Assembly (NCBI GenBank): GCA_973895155.1
Contig: OZ316891.1
Span: 8,495,875 to 8,559,874, forward strand
From: Marsupella aquatica
Taxonomy: Eukaryota > Plantae > Marchantiophyta
DNA length: 64,000 nucleotides
Direction: 5' to 3'
Shown: in pieces, positions 49,792 to 61,995 of the stretch
Numbering within the stretch: position 1 is the stretch's first letter
Layout: every line of letters starts with the position of its first letter
Program-made: the position numbers and the translations under genes
Notes under the pieces: model-generated
The model's database searches: none
What the model saw: only the letters and a program-made list of their open reading frames with translations
What the model was told of the DNA's origin: nothing

Positions 49792-52700
49792 TTATTCGGT
49801 GCTTTGTAATAGCTGGGAGAAGCTCCGCATACCTATGCCTTGTGTATGTTCTTTATGAAGTGCCGGTGGTAGCGGTTTCGTAAAGAGATCCGCTCTGTTG
49901 TCTGCACTGGGTATCCATTCGACATTGATCAAATCTCCATTCTGTTCATGCGTGTAAAAGAATTTGGGTGCTATATGTTTGATCCGATCGCCCTTTATGA
50001 AACCTTGTTTAATTTGCTCTACACAGGGTCGGTTGTCCTCGAAGATCGTCGTTGGTGTTCCAAGAAGTGATTTGCCTGAATGTCGATTGATATGATCTAT
50101 TAGGTGGCGTATCCAGACACATTCTTTACGTGCTTCGTACAGAGCAATGATCTCTGCATGGTTTGAAAATGTCGCTGTTAAAGATTGTTTGGAGCTCTTC
50201 CATGAAATTGCAGTACCACCTTGAAGGAAAACGTATCCCGTTTGTGATTTTGCGTCATCCGGATCGGACAAGTAGCCTGCGTCCGCATATCCAACTAGTG
50301 TATTAGTGGTATCCTTGGGAAAAAAGAGTTCAAAGTCCATAGTTCCTTTCAAGTATCGAAAAACGCGTTTGACACCGTTCCAGTGTCTAATAGTCGGTTT
50401 TGCACTGTGGCGTGCAAGAAGGTTGACCGCAAATGCAATGTCGGGACGCGATTGGTTTGCCAAGTACATAAGAGCCCCTATAGCCGATAGATAAGGTTTC
50501 TTCGGACCGAGAAGAGGCTCGGCCTCCGTTTGCTTTCTGAATGTGTCCTTTGTGGGGTCGGAAGATCGTAGCTCCATCGGCGTACTCACTGGATGTGTTG
50601 ATTCCATGTTGAATTGTCGTAAGATCTTCTTAGTGTAAGATGACTGATTTATAAGTATGCCTTCTTGTGTATAGTTGAATTGCAATCCTAAACAGTAGGT
50701 GGGTGATCCGATATCTCTCATTTCAAAAATATTTTTAAGAGTTTGTATCGTAAGTAGTGTAAGGGATGCTGTACCGAATATGTTGATGTCATCAACGTAT
50801 ATAGATATAATGACGAATTCATTGCAAACCTGCTTAATGAACAAGCAAGGTGCAATGTCGTCGTTGATAAAGTCTAAATTTAACATTTCAGCCTTGAAAC
50901 GTTTATACCAGGTACGTCCGCTCTGTTTGAGTCCATAAAGTGATCATAGAACCTGTACTGCTAGTTCTCTTCGAACTTTCTTGGTCTGTGCAGCAGATCT
51001 TTGTAGTGGAACGATAGCAGATCGTTTATTCTTATCTGGCGTAAGCAGTATACTTCTAGTATTTGGGACTGAAGGTCCTGTTTGAATTTCATGCGCATGC
51101 AAATCCCCCGTAGGGGCGATTTGTCTTATCCCAGGTTGTAATTCTGGGTTTTCTTTACCGGTTTTCTCCCCCTGAATGTGGAATTTCATTCTATGAATCA
51201 GTTCAAGAGGGGCCTTCATATATATTGTGGTATCTAGTATACAATATAAGTAGGTAGTTATAACGTCAAGTATGTGCATTATCAGCTTATGAAAGAGAGC
51301 AAAGGCTATCATATATCCATACGTAATGGAATCCATTACAGGAGAATAGGTCAGATCAAAGTCTCGATCGGGTATTTGAGTATAGCCTTTTGCCACAAGG
51401 CGAGCCTTGTATCTTATCACCTCGCTTGTCGCATTTTGTTTTCTAACAAATATGAATCTGTATCCTATAAGGTGCGTGTCTGGAGGTGCAGGGATAATCG
51501 GGCCGAAGACCTGTCGTTGGATTAAGGAGTCCAATTCAGAATTGATAGCAATTTCCCACTGTGGCCAATCTGTCCTGGATTGTGCTTCGGCCATAGACAA
51601 TGGTTCTGGAATATCATTGGTTATTTCTTCTGCAAGCATGAACACAAATCTATCATCAATTTGTATCTTTTCTCTTTGCCAGATTGTTCCAGTGTGCATG
51701 TAGTTGATGGTAATCTCCTCGTTCTCTGCATGCGTTAGTTGAGTTGGTATTGGTGGTGGTATTGCTGGTATCATTGCTGTGGCTGATCTCTGTCTTGGTT
51801 GTCGAGGGTGGGTGTCTTTGGATCCGGGGGGTCTCCCTCGTTTTGCTCGAGGTGCAATCTCAGTAGCTGGTTTGGAAATTGGTGCTATTCGAGATGGAGC
51901 GTTTGCTGCTTCGTTATGTGATCGAGTAACAGCTGCAGCATCTGTAAAGGCGTCAGGTAACTTCAATAGCACCTGGTGGAGGTGACCTTGGGCCGCCAGC
52001 ATTATTAATAATGGGCTGGACGTGCAAACGGATGAAGGGTGCAAAAAATCTGATTTGAGATTAATTTTTATAATTGGCTTAGAAATATCAAGGGATGGTT
52101 TTATTCAAAGAACCCTTTCTAACTAATATAGGCTTATATAAATGTCGCCCAAGTTAATATGCTTCAAGAGGTGATGTAATATGGATGTGAAACGCGTCAC
52201 AATAGGATTGGTCCTTGTGGCCACCCTTTATTGGAACATGTGTATATGACATATAATTATGCTTGCAACATCTATGCTTGCAACATCTATGATTCAGAGT
52301 AGTTTAGGACTTTGGAGCTTTTGAACCCTGACTACCCTGCCCTGTGGTTCATAAATGCCCCAAAGTTGAAGTTTGGGGTTAAAGGGTCATGAACACAAAA
52401 ATGTATGTACCCAAAACCCTTCCAAAACAATCCCGTCAATTTTAGAACTGTTTGCACATGATGAATTTATAAATTTTCAAGGCTTTCATAAATGGTGTAA
52501 AATGTGAAATTATAATATCTCAAAGGGGCAGATTTATTCTCCAAAATTAAGTTTTTAAGAATAACAAGAGAAATTTTTATAGGCTTCCAAAAATAATAAG
52601 GGGTACTAGGGAGGGGGGTGTACACACGTATACCGCTTTAGTTTACAAAGGCTGGGGGCCAAGGGGAGGTGAATTACCCTTTAGACTCTTGAATCAACTT

Positions 52701-55160
52701 CTTTGGTTCTTGGATCATTTAAGAAAGAATTTGGCGTTTGCCATAATTGTAAATTCTTTGTTTGATGTGACACTTTGGTATTGTGGTCTCCTGTAAGGGA
52801 GGGGAATTCATCTTCAAAGAAGTCACAGTCTAAGAATCGGGCCTTAAATACATCTGCTGTTGTTGGCTCCATAAATCGAATGATTGATTTTGAGTCAAAA
52901 CCGATATAAATTCCTCTCTGTCTCTGAGGGCCCATTTTTGTCCTCTTCGGGCCTAATATTGGTACTAGGACAAGACACCCAAATGTTCTTAGATGTGTTA
53001 TATCGGGTGGCATGCCGTAGGCTAAGGAATGTGGTGTTTGAGTGTTGTAGGATGAGGGGCGGTATCTAAGGAGGGCTGCGGCGTGGAGGACAGCGTGTCC
53101 CCATGCCGAGGCAGGTAGGTTTGTATGCGTCAAAAGGGGTCTGGCAACCATTTGCAATCTTTTAATTAATGATTCTGCAATTCCATTTTGGAAATGCACA
53201 TGGGGGACAGGGTACTGGGTATCAATTCCTGCTGTTTCACAGAAATCGTCAAATGTTTTAGAGGTATATTTTCCAGCATTGTCAACTCTGAGGGTTTTAA
53301 TGGGGTATTCAGGGAATTGAGACCTGAGTTTAAGTATATGTGACAAAAGTCTCTAAAAAACTAGGTTCCATGTGGAGAGGAGTGATACTTGTGACCACTT
53401 GGTGGAGGCGTCTATGATGACCAAGAAGTAACAGAATGGGCCTGAGGGGGGGTCAATAGGTCCGCATACATCTGAGTGTATGCGCTCTAAAAATTCTGGT
53501 AGTTGTGGTAGCCAGGGGGATGGTCGGGTCACCATCTTTCCCTGTGAGCATGAGAGACATGGTGTGTCTAAAGATGAGGGGTGAACACCTTGAGGTATCC
53601 CAATTGAATCTTTTATGATTTTGTAGTACATATTTGTGCCTGGGTGGCCTAATCAATTATGCCATCTCTGGGTTAGGGTGACCAATGTCCCTACAACATT
53701 GAATGATTGTATGCTCGTGATATACAAGCCAGGTGGATAAATCGGTAATGTCTCTCTCACCCTGATCCCGTTGTTTGTTCTTTCGATTAAATGTAGTACT
53801 TCTTGGGTATTCTTCTTATCAGTGTATATATGTAGGTGATTGGCCCTGATATCTTTAAAACTAATGAGGTTCCGGGTTGCGCTCGGTGCATAAATGGCTG
53901 ACTCAATTTGAATAATAGTTCCTTGTGGGAATCTGATTCTGGCAGGCCCATGGCCTTCCTCTATGTGGTTCGGTCCAGTAATTGTTGTTATTACCCTCTG
54001 TGATGGAGTAATATGTAGGAAGTAGGGTCTATGCCGTAAGATGGAGTGCGAAGTTCCACTGTCTATGATACAGTTGTTGTAGTCATTCAAGGGTGAATTG
54101 TTAGAACCTAACCGGGCTGTATGTACCTCAGGTGTCGTAGTAGTGCGTACATACGTCTCAATGTCATCGGCGGTTTCCATAAAATTACCTTGTGCTCCGT
54201 TATTTATTGTCTCCATGCTTTCCTGTAGAGTTTAACTAGGTGAGATGGCGCTTTGCAGTCCTGTTTTAAATGCCCTTTGGTTTCGCACCTGGAACATTCA
54301 GGGGTGTCTCTTGATAAATTGTTGAATCCTCGTCCTCTTTTACGTCCGTTGTTCTAGGATCTATCTCCTCGATTCATATTTCTTGAGGATTGGCCGTCCC
54401 ATTCTTGTCAGTTGTTTCCTCTACCTCTGGTATATTGATTTCCTCCACGGCCAAATGATCTGCCTCTGCTTCCTCTATATTTGGCTCTGTAATATCCTCG
54501 TCCTCTGTTGTTGTTCTCGTAGTTTACTCTATTGAAGTTAGCTTCTGATCTGGGTGGTGGAGCAACGGTGCCGGGAGGTCTTGATTTTGCATTATTTAAT
54601 AGTAGTATGTAGTTGATGTTTCTCAGCGAGTAGCATATGTGTGATTAGTTCCGAATACAGGAGGAATTCCATGTTTCTGTATTGTGTTGCTAGCCTAGGA
54701 CCAAATTTCCTGGACTGAATGTTGATAAGGTCTTCTCGATTTGTTCTTTGTCTGTTACCGGTTCGCCATAGAGCACCAATTGAGATGTAATTCTGAACAA
54801 TTCTCCGTTGTAGGTTGCCACTGACGTATGATCCTGCACGCGCAGGTTAATCCAATCGTGACGAGCTGCTGGAAGTGAAATTATGCGCATATGATCGAAG
54901 CAAAGTTTCAGATCATTCCAGAGGATACCGGGGGTTATATTGAGTTAGATATTGTATCTTTAGTGGTTTCTCTAGGTGATGTCGAATCAATATAAGTGCT
55001 TTCGCCCTTTGTTGTAATGTTAGGCCTACATCAGTAAGGATTGCGTCTTGCAGTCCCTTTGAGGTTAAGTAGGCCTCTACATCCATGGACCAGGGGACCG
55101 AGGTAATTCGCTCCATCTATAGTGAGCGCTTCAAACAGTTGTTTCTCTATCGGATTCATT
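49792..55160 (-). pseudogene. Copia gag-pol, broken by stops, frameshifts and an insertion
   Basis: gag WSMDVEAYL/DWINLRVQD, protease CIIDSGTSHSI, integrase IHSDVCGP/LRVDNAG/QNGIAES, RT YKARLVAKGY/IYVDDINI, RNaseH GYADAGY/IFEDN/ADLFTKPL. Confidence 0.92.
51986..52664. mobile_element. Non-autonomous TIR DNA element nested in Copia pol
   Basis: TIRs CCTTGGGCCGCCAGC / GCTGGGGGCCAAGG and an 8-bp TSD GGAGGTGA (51978-51985, 52665-52672). Removing it restores RV*RVIHLHQVLLKLPDAFTD. Confidence 0.9.
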
Positions 55161-57775
55161 GTATGGTATTCGTCTTATGCTGTTGTATTGTAAAAATTGA
55201 CGATCTCTTCTTATATAATGTTGAAATATATCAAACGTAATCGTAGATGTTCATAAGTGGTGATGACAAGTGAGAAACAAACTTCCTTGTGGAGAAGTTA
55301 TCAATTTGTCTGATCTCGTATGATTCTTCGTGCTCTGTGGCCTGTTCTCGTTCTCGTGTTCTCGAAAAGAGGTCGTATGGACTTCGCGTGATTAATGTTG
55401 ATGGAATTTTGCGGAGTATTTGTATGATCGGGGTACTTAATCACGAGAGGTTCATAAAAAAAAATTCTCAGTATTGAGTCGTGCTGATAACGTATTGAGA
55501 GACATTTAGAATGAGATGGAGAAGATCATGCGCCAACAAGAAGTGTGTCTCCCTTCATTACTCTAGGAGTATATGTAGTTCCCTCAATGGTACATTCACT
55601 GGTGGTTAGATAACCACCTGAACTACCTAAGGTTAGGGTTAAGTAACTAGGGTCTAATGGATCCATTATAACAATGAAGTCGTGAAAGTTGCTCGGACAG
55701 CTGCTGAGAATGGATGACAAAGGAAGAAGTCCCAAGAGCGGTTCTCAATTGGTGAGAAAGGTGGAGATGAGGCAGAGTCCACAGGTGATAGGAAGCTAGG
55801 GTGTTTGGTACCCAAAGACTAATCTGCAAAGAGGATGCCTGCTATGTCCACTCCGCAAAAGCTAGTTGTAGAGGATGCAATCATTCTTGCCTTATAGGAA
55901 AAGGAAGGTGTAGGATTTTGCTACGAGGGGTGCGATGGGAGGTTAGAGGATGGTAGGAGCTGTGAATTAGGCATCAGTGCAAGACAGACGAGGCGAGTGG
56001 GAATGGAACAAGGAAACCCTCCAAGTTGGAATAGGACCACTCCCATGTGCAAGCCAATTGATGAGAGAACATCCATGTTCTTGTTCACCATTTGTAACAG
56101 GGAAGGGAATTGCCGTGTTTGGAGGGTGGGAAACAACTGTTTGGGATGGACGGAGAATCATTGCAGTGACACTTTACAACAAAGGAAGTCATTGAAGAAT
56201 TTTGTGGAGCAGTCATGTCCAGAAGATGGAATTTGGTGTTCCATCAGGAAATTAGCAATGGACAACGAGTTGCATGGAGATTGATCGTCGTAGAGCAAGT
56301 AATTGTCAACCACGGTCCAACAACAACCCAAGAATAGGAAAATATGCAAAAGTTGGTTCAGACAAAGTGAACTTAGCTATTGGTAACCCAAAGGTTTCTA
56401 CCTCTGCAAAATCAACCTAATCTAGCAGTCTGCAAAGTGTGTAGTTTAATAACCACAAACAATAGTTATCATCTCAATTTTGGAAACTAGTTAAACAACT
56501 AGTAATTTTTAATTAGCTAGAGATAAAATTTAGGTTCTAGTCATAGTTATTGTGTAAATGAGAAAAATAATTAGTAAAAATAGTTTAGGAAACTTCAAAT
56601 AGAAGTTAGTAGGTAGGGTATTCAAGGAGATACGGCGGCAGTCATTGCGGAACTTTAATGTTAGATGTAGCAGATGGCCAAAAGGTTGTTTGTAGCAGAT
56701 GCAGTCATTCTCGTTATATGGGCTAATGTAGGAATAGGGTTTTGTTATGAAGGATGCAACGAGAAATTGGAAGATGGTGGGGACTGTGCCCTAGGCATTA
56801 GAGCAGGATCCAGCTACTGTAAATAGGTAGTATATTTGCTATCTGTCTTGGGTTAGGTCTATCCACCAAATAAACTCGACCCCTATGCCTATCCTCAATG
56901 TCTGCCTTAACATTTTCTAGTGTAAACCCTAAGCATCCCTCACAAAAACCTCAAAAAGACACCCAAACCGGGACCCAAACATGCAAAAAATGAATACTCA
57001 GCATGGTACTCAGTCAAGGAAGAGGAATGCCAGCGGCTGGTGAGTGTGCATAGGGACGCTGGCCGAGAGGGAAAATTTTGGGGGGAGTGCGGGCAAGGAG
57101 AGTTAAAACACTCCCTCGATCTAGAGTGTCCGAGATACACAAAAGAGATCTCAGCCATCTAATAAATTCCCCAAAAGTGTGATTATTATAGGCACATATG
57201 AAACCATGTCCACCCTACCATGTTTAGACACGTGTATCAATCCGGTGGTGACGCACTCATATTATGCACCCTTGCGAAATGCGACTTGGGATAGTTTCTC
57301 AATAACCCCTACATTCATTATAATCAAATACATCATTAAACAGGGGCTTGTTAGGTTATAAAGCAATTATAACAATTAGTCAAAAATGGGATTAAAAAAC
57401 ACCTTGAGAAGTTCACATGGGTTCGGATTAGTTAAGCTAAGGGCCCAGGGCTTCCCTGCCTTGCCCGAGTGCCCAAAGTGCAACTTCGACCATCCACTAA
57501 CCTCCTCATGCAACCCTCATAATAAAATACTACTCCTTCCTTTTCCCATATGGCCAGGATGGTTGCATCTCCCACTGATAGTTTTGCGGGCATTTCAAAC
57601 AATGGAATTTGCTTTCTACTCTTAAATACCTATTATCTAACTATAACGTTGACGTTTCCTATCTACTTCTACTGATTTGTTTCTCACATTCTCCTTTTAT
57701 TACTTACTTACGGACGACCTCAATTGTCCGCGATTGCTTCTCGCTGTCGTCTATTCGCTGTCGTCTATTTGTTGG

Positions 57776-58930
57776 TCATTGGTTTTTGATTAGCGCTGAT
57801 CGCAACCTTGTCCCAATTGCTCCCTGTTTTTTATTGGGAGTACCCACCACTTGACTTTGCGCGTTTAATTTCTGGTTCTTTGATTTCAGGTCCAAGCTAG
57901 TGCGCTCCTTGTCTTCCAATTCCTGCAGTAGTTGATCATTTTTGGTTTGGAGTTCCAACTCCTCTAAACTCCCTTTTGCGGTTGCTGATGTTAAATTGTC
58001 ATTTAGCTTCTTGAGATTATTCTGAGGCAATTGGAATTCTAATGGCTCAGTTGGTTCAGGCTGCCCTGTATTGGGTCGAGTCGATTCGTCCATTTCAGAA
58101 GGTGCAGTTGAACGCCTTCACGGTGTGGATTTGTTGTATTGTCGACAGGGATTTGAAATTCCTCCTGTTGCACCCCTACTGCATCGTGGTCTGCCTCTTC
58201 TTTGTCAGAACCAGGGTCATGGATGAGCTCAGGTTGACCCGGTCACATTGTGCCAAGGCTGGAGGTGCCACATTCGCCCGTTCCCCAAAGAGTGCACTCA
58301 TCCGTTCGAAATGTGTTCTCGAGCTTGGCGTCCAGTGTAGTCCCACTCTCAGCTCAGTATCGTCAACCCTGCGCCAAAGTTGTTCTTCATTGTCAAGACC
58401 TCCTTCCACTTGCTAGTGTACCTGTTAAATTGCTTACCCAAGTTCTTTCCATCGTCACAAATTTGGGAAATCCCTTTGAATGCAGCGCAACAAGCATGAT
58501 TTTTAATACCGTCTTCTGACTTGGACGAATGCTTCTTCCCAACTACCAGCCTTGGTTGGGATCCATGCAGTATTGCATAGTTATTGGGTGATTCAAGCCA
58601 GCCCACTATCTTTGACAGGTAGTCCCTAGACAGCTTCTTGTTCTCACCACCAACATTCACGCCTTGACGAGGTGCAGGTCTTGCTGTTGTAGTCTGTGCA
58701 CCAGCTCCCACCATAGCTTTGCCTACTTGCAAATCCTGCTTGAAGTCTGGAAGGAATGGAATGGCAAACTGAAATTCTTGCGCAGTGTCAACAACTTCTG
58801 TTGGAGAGTGACGCTCTTTGACATCCATGGTATCCTCTGTATCGGGAGCTTCTCACTGGGTGTGCGAAATCCCAAGTCCAATTCTAAGGAGTAACCAAAA
58901 GTTTCAACTTTTTCGTGGTGGCTGCACATT
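57776..58930 (-). pseudogene. Degenerate Myb/SANT-like (Harbinger-associated type) ORF with coiled-coil tail
   Basis: IVGWLESPNNY...LGKQFNRYTSKWKE...GAGLT then, after a frameshift, HFERMSALFGERANVAP. This resembles trihelix/Myb-like proteins of PIF/Harbinger elements (recognised from memory). Confidence 0.5.
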
Positions 58931-61399
58931 CATGGCTGTTTGTTTCAAAATGTGAGTGGTGTGAAGCAGCCTATTGTTTAGGTGCAAGTTTTTGCAAAAT
59001 TTCACCTCCCCAAAAAGTGTTAGCCATTTTTGGCTAAACAATGTTAGATGCTTTGTATGTCATTAGCCATAATCTGACGGTCAATCTAGGGATATCTAAC
59101 GGTCTGGATACAATCCAGGAAAACTGTTAAAGAATATTCCTAGCATCTCTTTCCTTAGAGCGGCTGACATTTGCGACACTGGCTAAAAACAAAAATATGC
59201 TGGTGTGAAGTCTTGTGCTCTGTGGTGTCCCAAGGAAAATGATGAACCAGATGGCGAGTAAAGTGGCAATTTGTATGGGGGGGTTGTTCAGTTAACCCGC
59301 ACTGAGCACCCTGGGGTGGAACTTTGTATGGGGGGTGGTGTTCAGTTAACTCAAAATAATTACCCCCTGGTTGTGCAGGCCCTCAACTTGTATTTTGCCC
59401 GTCCAGAAATAAAAACGGGACACTAAGTTTGAGACTCCCTAATGGTACTAGAAAAGGGTGACTTGTCACCCCAACTTATACAACCCCACACACAAAAACA
59501 ACTGGTCCCAGGGACCCAGGCCACTCATCTAACTATAGAGGGCAATCAAAAGATGCTCCCTAGGCCTACTATCTAGAGTGAAACCTCTAGACCTTCACTC
59601 TAACTTGGGGCATATTGTAAGTGAGGACAAGAAAACAGGGATGGGGAAAGATGAACATGAAATGACATGGAATTCATCCTTTTTGGTGCATTTTTTTTTT
59701 TCTACTCATCTCTATTTACGTGTTCAAAGAACAGGTAATCAGGCTAGTGCAAAGAATAGAAGAACAATTAAAATCAAGATGAGCTAAGGGATCACTCTAC
59801 AGCCATGGTGCTACAATACTCTGAGTTTCCAGAATCTTAGTAGGCAATTATGTTCCACAACTTGCCCCACCCCCCCAAAAAGGACTACTGTACCTTCTAC
59901 TATACTACAACATAGTCAGAATCGAACAGTGGTATTAGATGAGGTAATAATCTGCCCAAATAATGGGCTATTGCCAGGTTTCTTTATCACTTCCATGGAG
60001 AGGGGGGCAGGGAATAATCCCAGTGGCAATTATGTCAATTGTTTGTGTGGGAATGTGTGTACGTCATCAAGACATATATTAAGGTAGAGAATGGCTCTGA
60101 AAATAATCAATTCTCGAAATTTTGGCAACTATATATTGGACAAAGAGTATTTGGGTTTGTATAAAAAATTAAAATATCAACACAAGCCAAAATTTTGAGA
60201 ATGAATAGTTTTTGGAGCCAAGCTAAAAATCTCTACCCTGATATGTGCGCTCTTGAAGTTCTGACGGGCCTGTGCTTTCCTCAGGCTCAAATTTCACTTT
60301 GTGGCCCTCCTACATGGTCACTCCAGACAGTACGTAAGCCTGAGCAGCTTTTGATTGCGATCATATACGTACTAGCCCGATTACCTGTTCTTTGAATGTG
60401 AATGGGGCAAGGGAGAGGACAATAGAAGTGTCATCAAAATCCCATGTGTGGCCCCATTATTCTAAAAACCATACATATCATAACATATTCTTTTCTATGC
60501 ACATATTATGGTGGGGCCCTAGAGTCACTGTCTAGAAACCTAGACCTCAACTCTAGCTTCCTTTGGCACTTTGTATATAAGATTAGATCTAGAGTTTAAG
60601 AGAAATTTTGATGTACTCCAGAGCTGAGCAGCTTTTGATTGCCATTTGTATAGTTACTAGATCTAGAGATTAAGGATATTCATTGCAAGTTTTGCAGAAT
60701 TCAAATTCCAGTTTTAACCAATTGGTTGATAATTATGATGTTAATGGAACTGCCACAATCAATGCCCCCCATTTCCATTTCATAACAGACCATGAAAGTA
60801 AAATGGCTGGATTGGGGGAAAAGACTGGATGGATTGCGGGGATGCATATGATACTTGTAGATAGATGGTTAGGGGGGGGGGGGGGGGGGGGGTTGTTTAA
60901 GGATGTGAGGAAGCAGGAAAAAACAATATTATTAGCGAGAAAAAATATTGCTAGCGAACTTTAAGTTCATGGTTTTTTCACACCAATTTTTATCGTTGGG
61001 AAGAATACTTATCAAAATACACTAGAAAAATATTGATGACGAGACTCGTTAACAATGTAAACAATCAAAAAATCAATTTATGATCAATTTTAAATTAGAA
61101 ACCTCACTACTATGTCAAATTATTGCTAGCAAGCTTAGCTAGCAATAATATTATCCTTAAATTATGCACAATTCTCTCAAAAGTATTGCGGACAATTTTT
61201 TTGCCTTAATAGAAGCATGTTGGTATATTCTTAGCGAGACAACTATCTTAAAGATTTTGTGATAGGAACCAAAAAAAATACTCAAAAATGGATTGTTTTT
61301 ACTGATACCACGAAAAAAACCTGATATCAGCAAAAAAAAAAATTAGTTAGTCTTCTGTTTGCTCGCATGGTTAGTATACCTGATGGTTAGATATGTCTT

Positions 61400-61995
61400 G
61401 AAGTGCTAGAGTCTAAACCTTCTTGCTAAGACGGAGAGTAGTGCGATACACACTCTGTAGCTTCTCGTTGTTGTGGGTGCAGTATCTCGTGGAAAGAGTC
61501 TGGTTGGTGGATGGAAGAATTGATTATTTTCAGAGCCAAATTGAAAATCTTACTGTGATGTATGTCCTATTGCAGTTTTGACCCGGCCAGTGCTTTAAAA
61601 TTCCCCAGGAAATGCTAGAATCTAAACCTGCTTGCTAACTACAGACGTAGAGTAGTGCGGTATCGATTCTAGCTTCAATCCTCGTTGTTTTCGTTGGGTG
61701 CATAGTATTTAAGTAGCTTTCGTTATTCTCGTCGAAAGGGTCTGGTCTGGTGGAAGGGAGAATTGATTATTTTCAGAGCCAAACTGAAAATCTCTGACTA
61801 CCGTGATGTATGTCCTGTTGAAGTTCTGACCTCAGACGAGACCTCAGACGAGTGCTTTTCCTCAGGAAGTGCTAGAATCTAAGCCTTGTTGCTAAGACGT
61901 AGAGTAGTGTAGTACCTTCTGTAGCTTCCCTCGTTGTTGTCTTTGGGTGCATGGTATCTAGCTTCCCATAATCTCGTGGAGAGGGTCTGGTCTAC
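61400..61995. repeat. Three diverged ~210-255-bp tandem units
   Basis: GAARTGCTAGARTCTAA...TTGCTAA...GAGTAGTG...GGGTGCA...GTCTGG starts at ~61400, ~61609 and ~61866. Confidence 0.8.

Larger units (their letters stand above)
49226..55673 (-). mobile_element. Full-length degenerate Ty1/Copia LTR retrotransposon (Bianca-like)
   Basis: 181-bp LTRs at 49226-49406 and 55493-55673 (4 mismatches counted). TSD ATGAA on both sides, PPT AAGGGGGAG next to the 3' LTR, PBS CGTTATCAGCACGAC. Domain order gag-protease-integrase-RT-RNaseH. Confidence 0.95.

Noticed and set aside
60872-60892. Poly-G run as a functional G-quadruplex
   Set aside because: A simple homopolymer whose length is unreliable in assemblies, with no supporting context.
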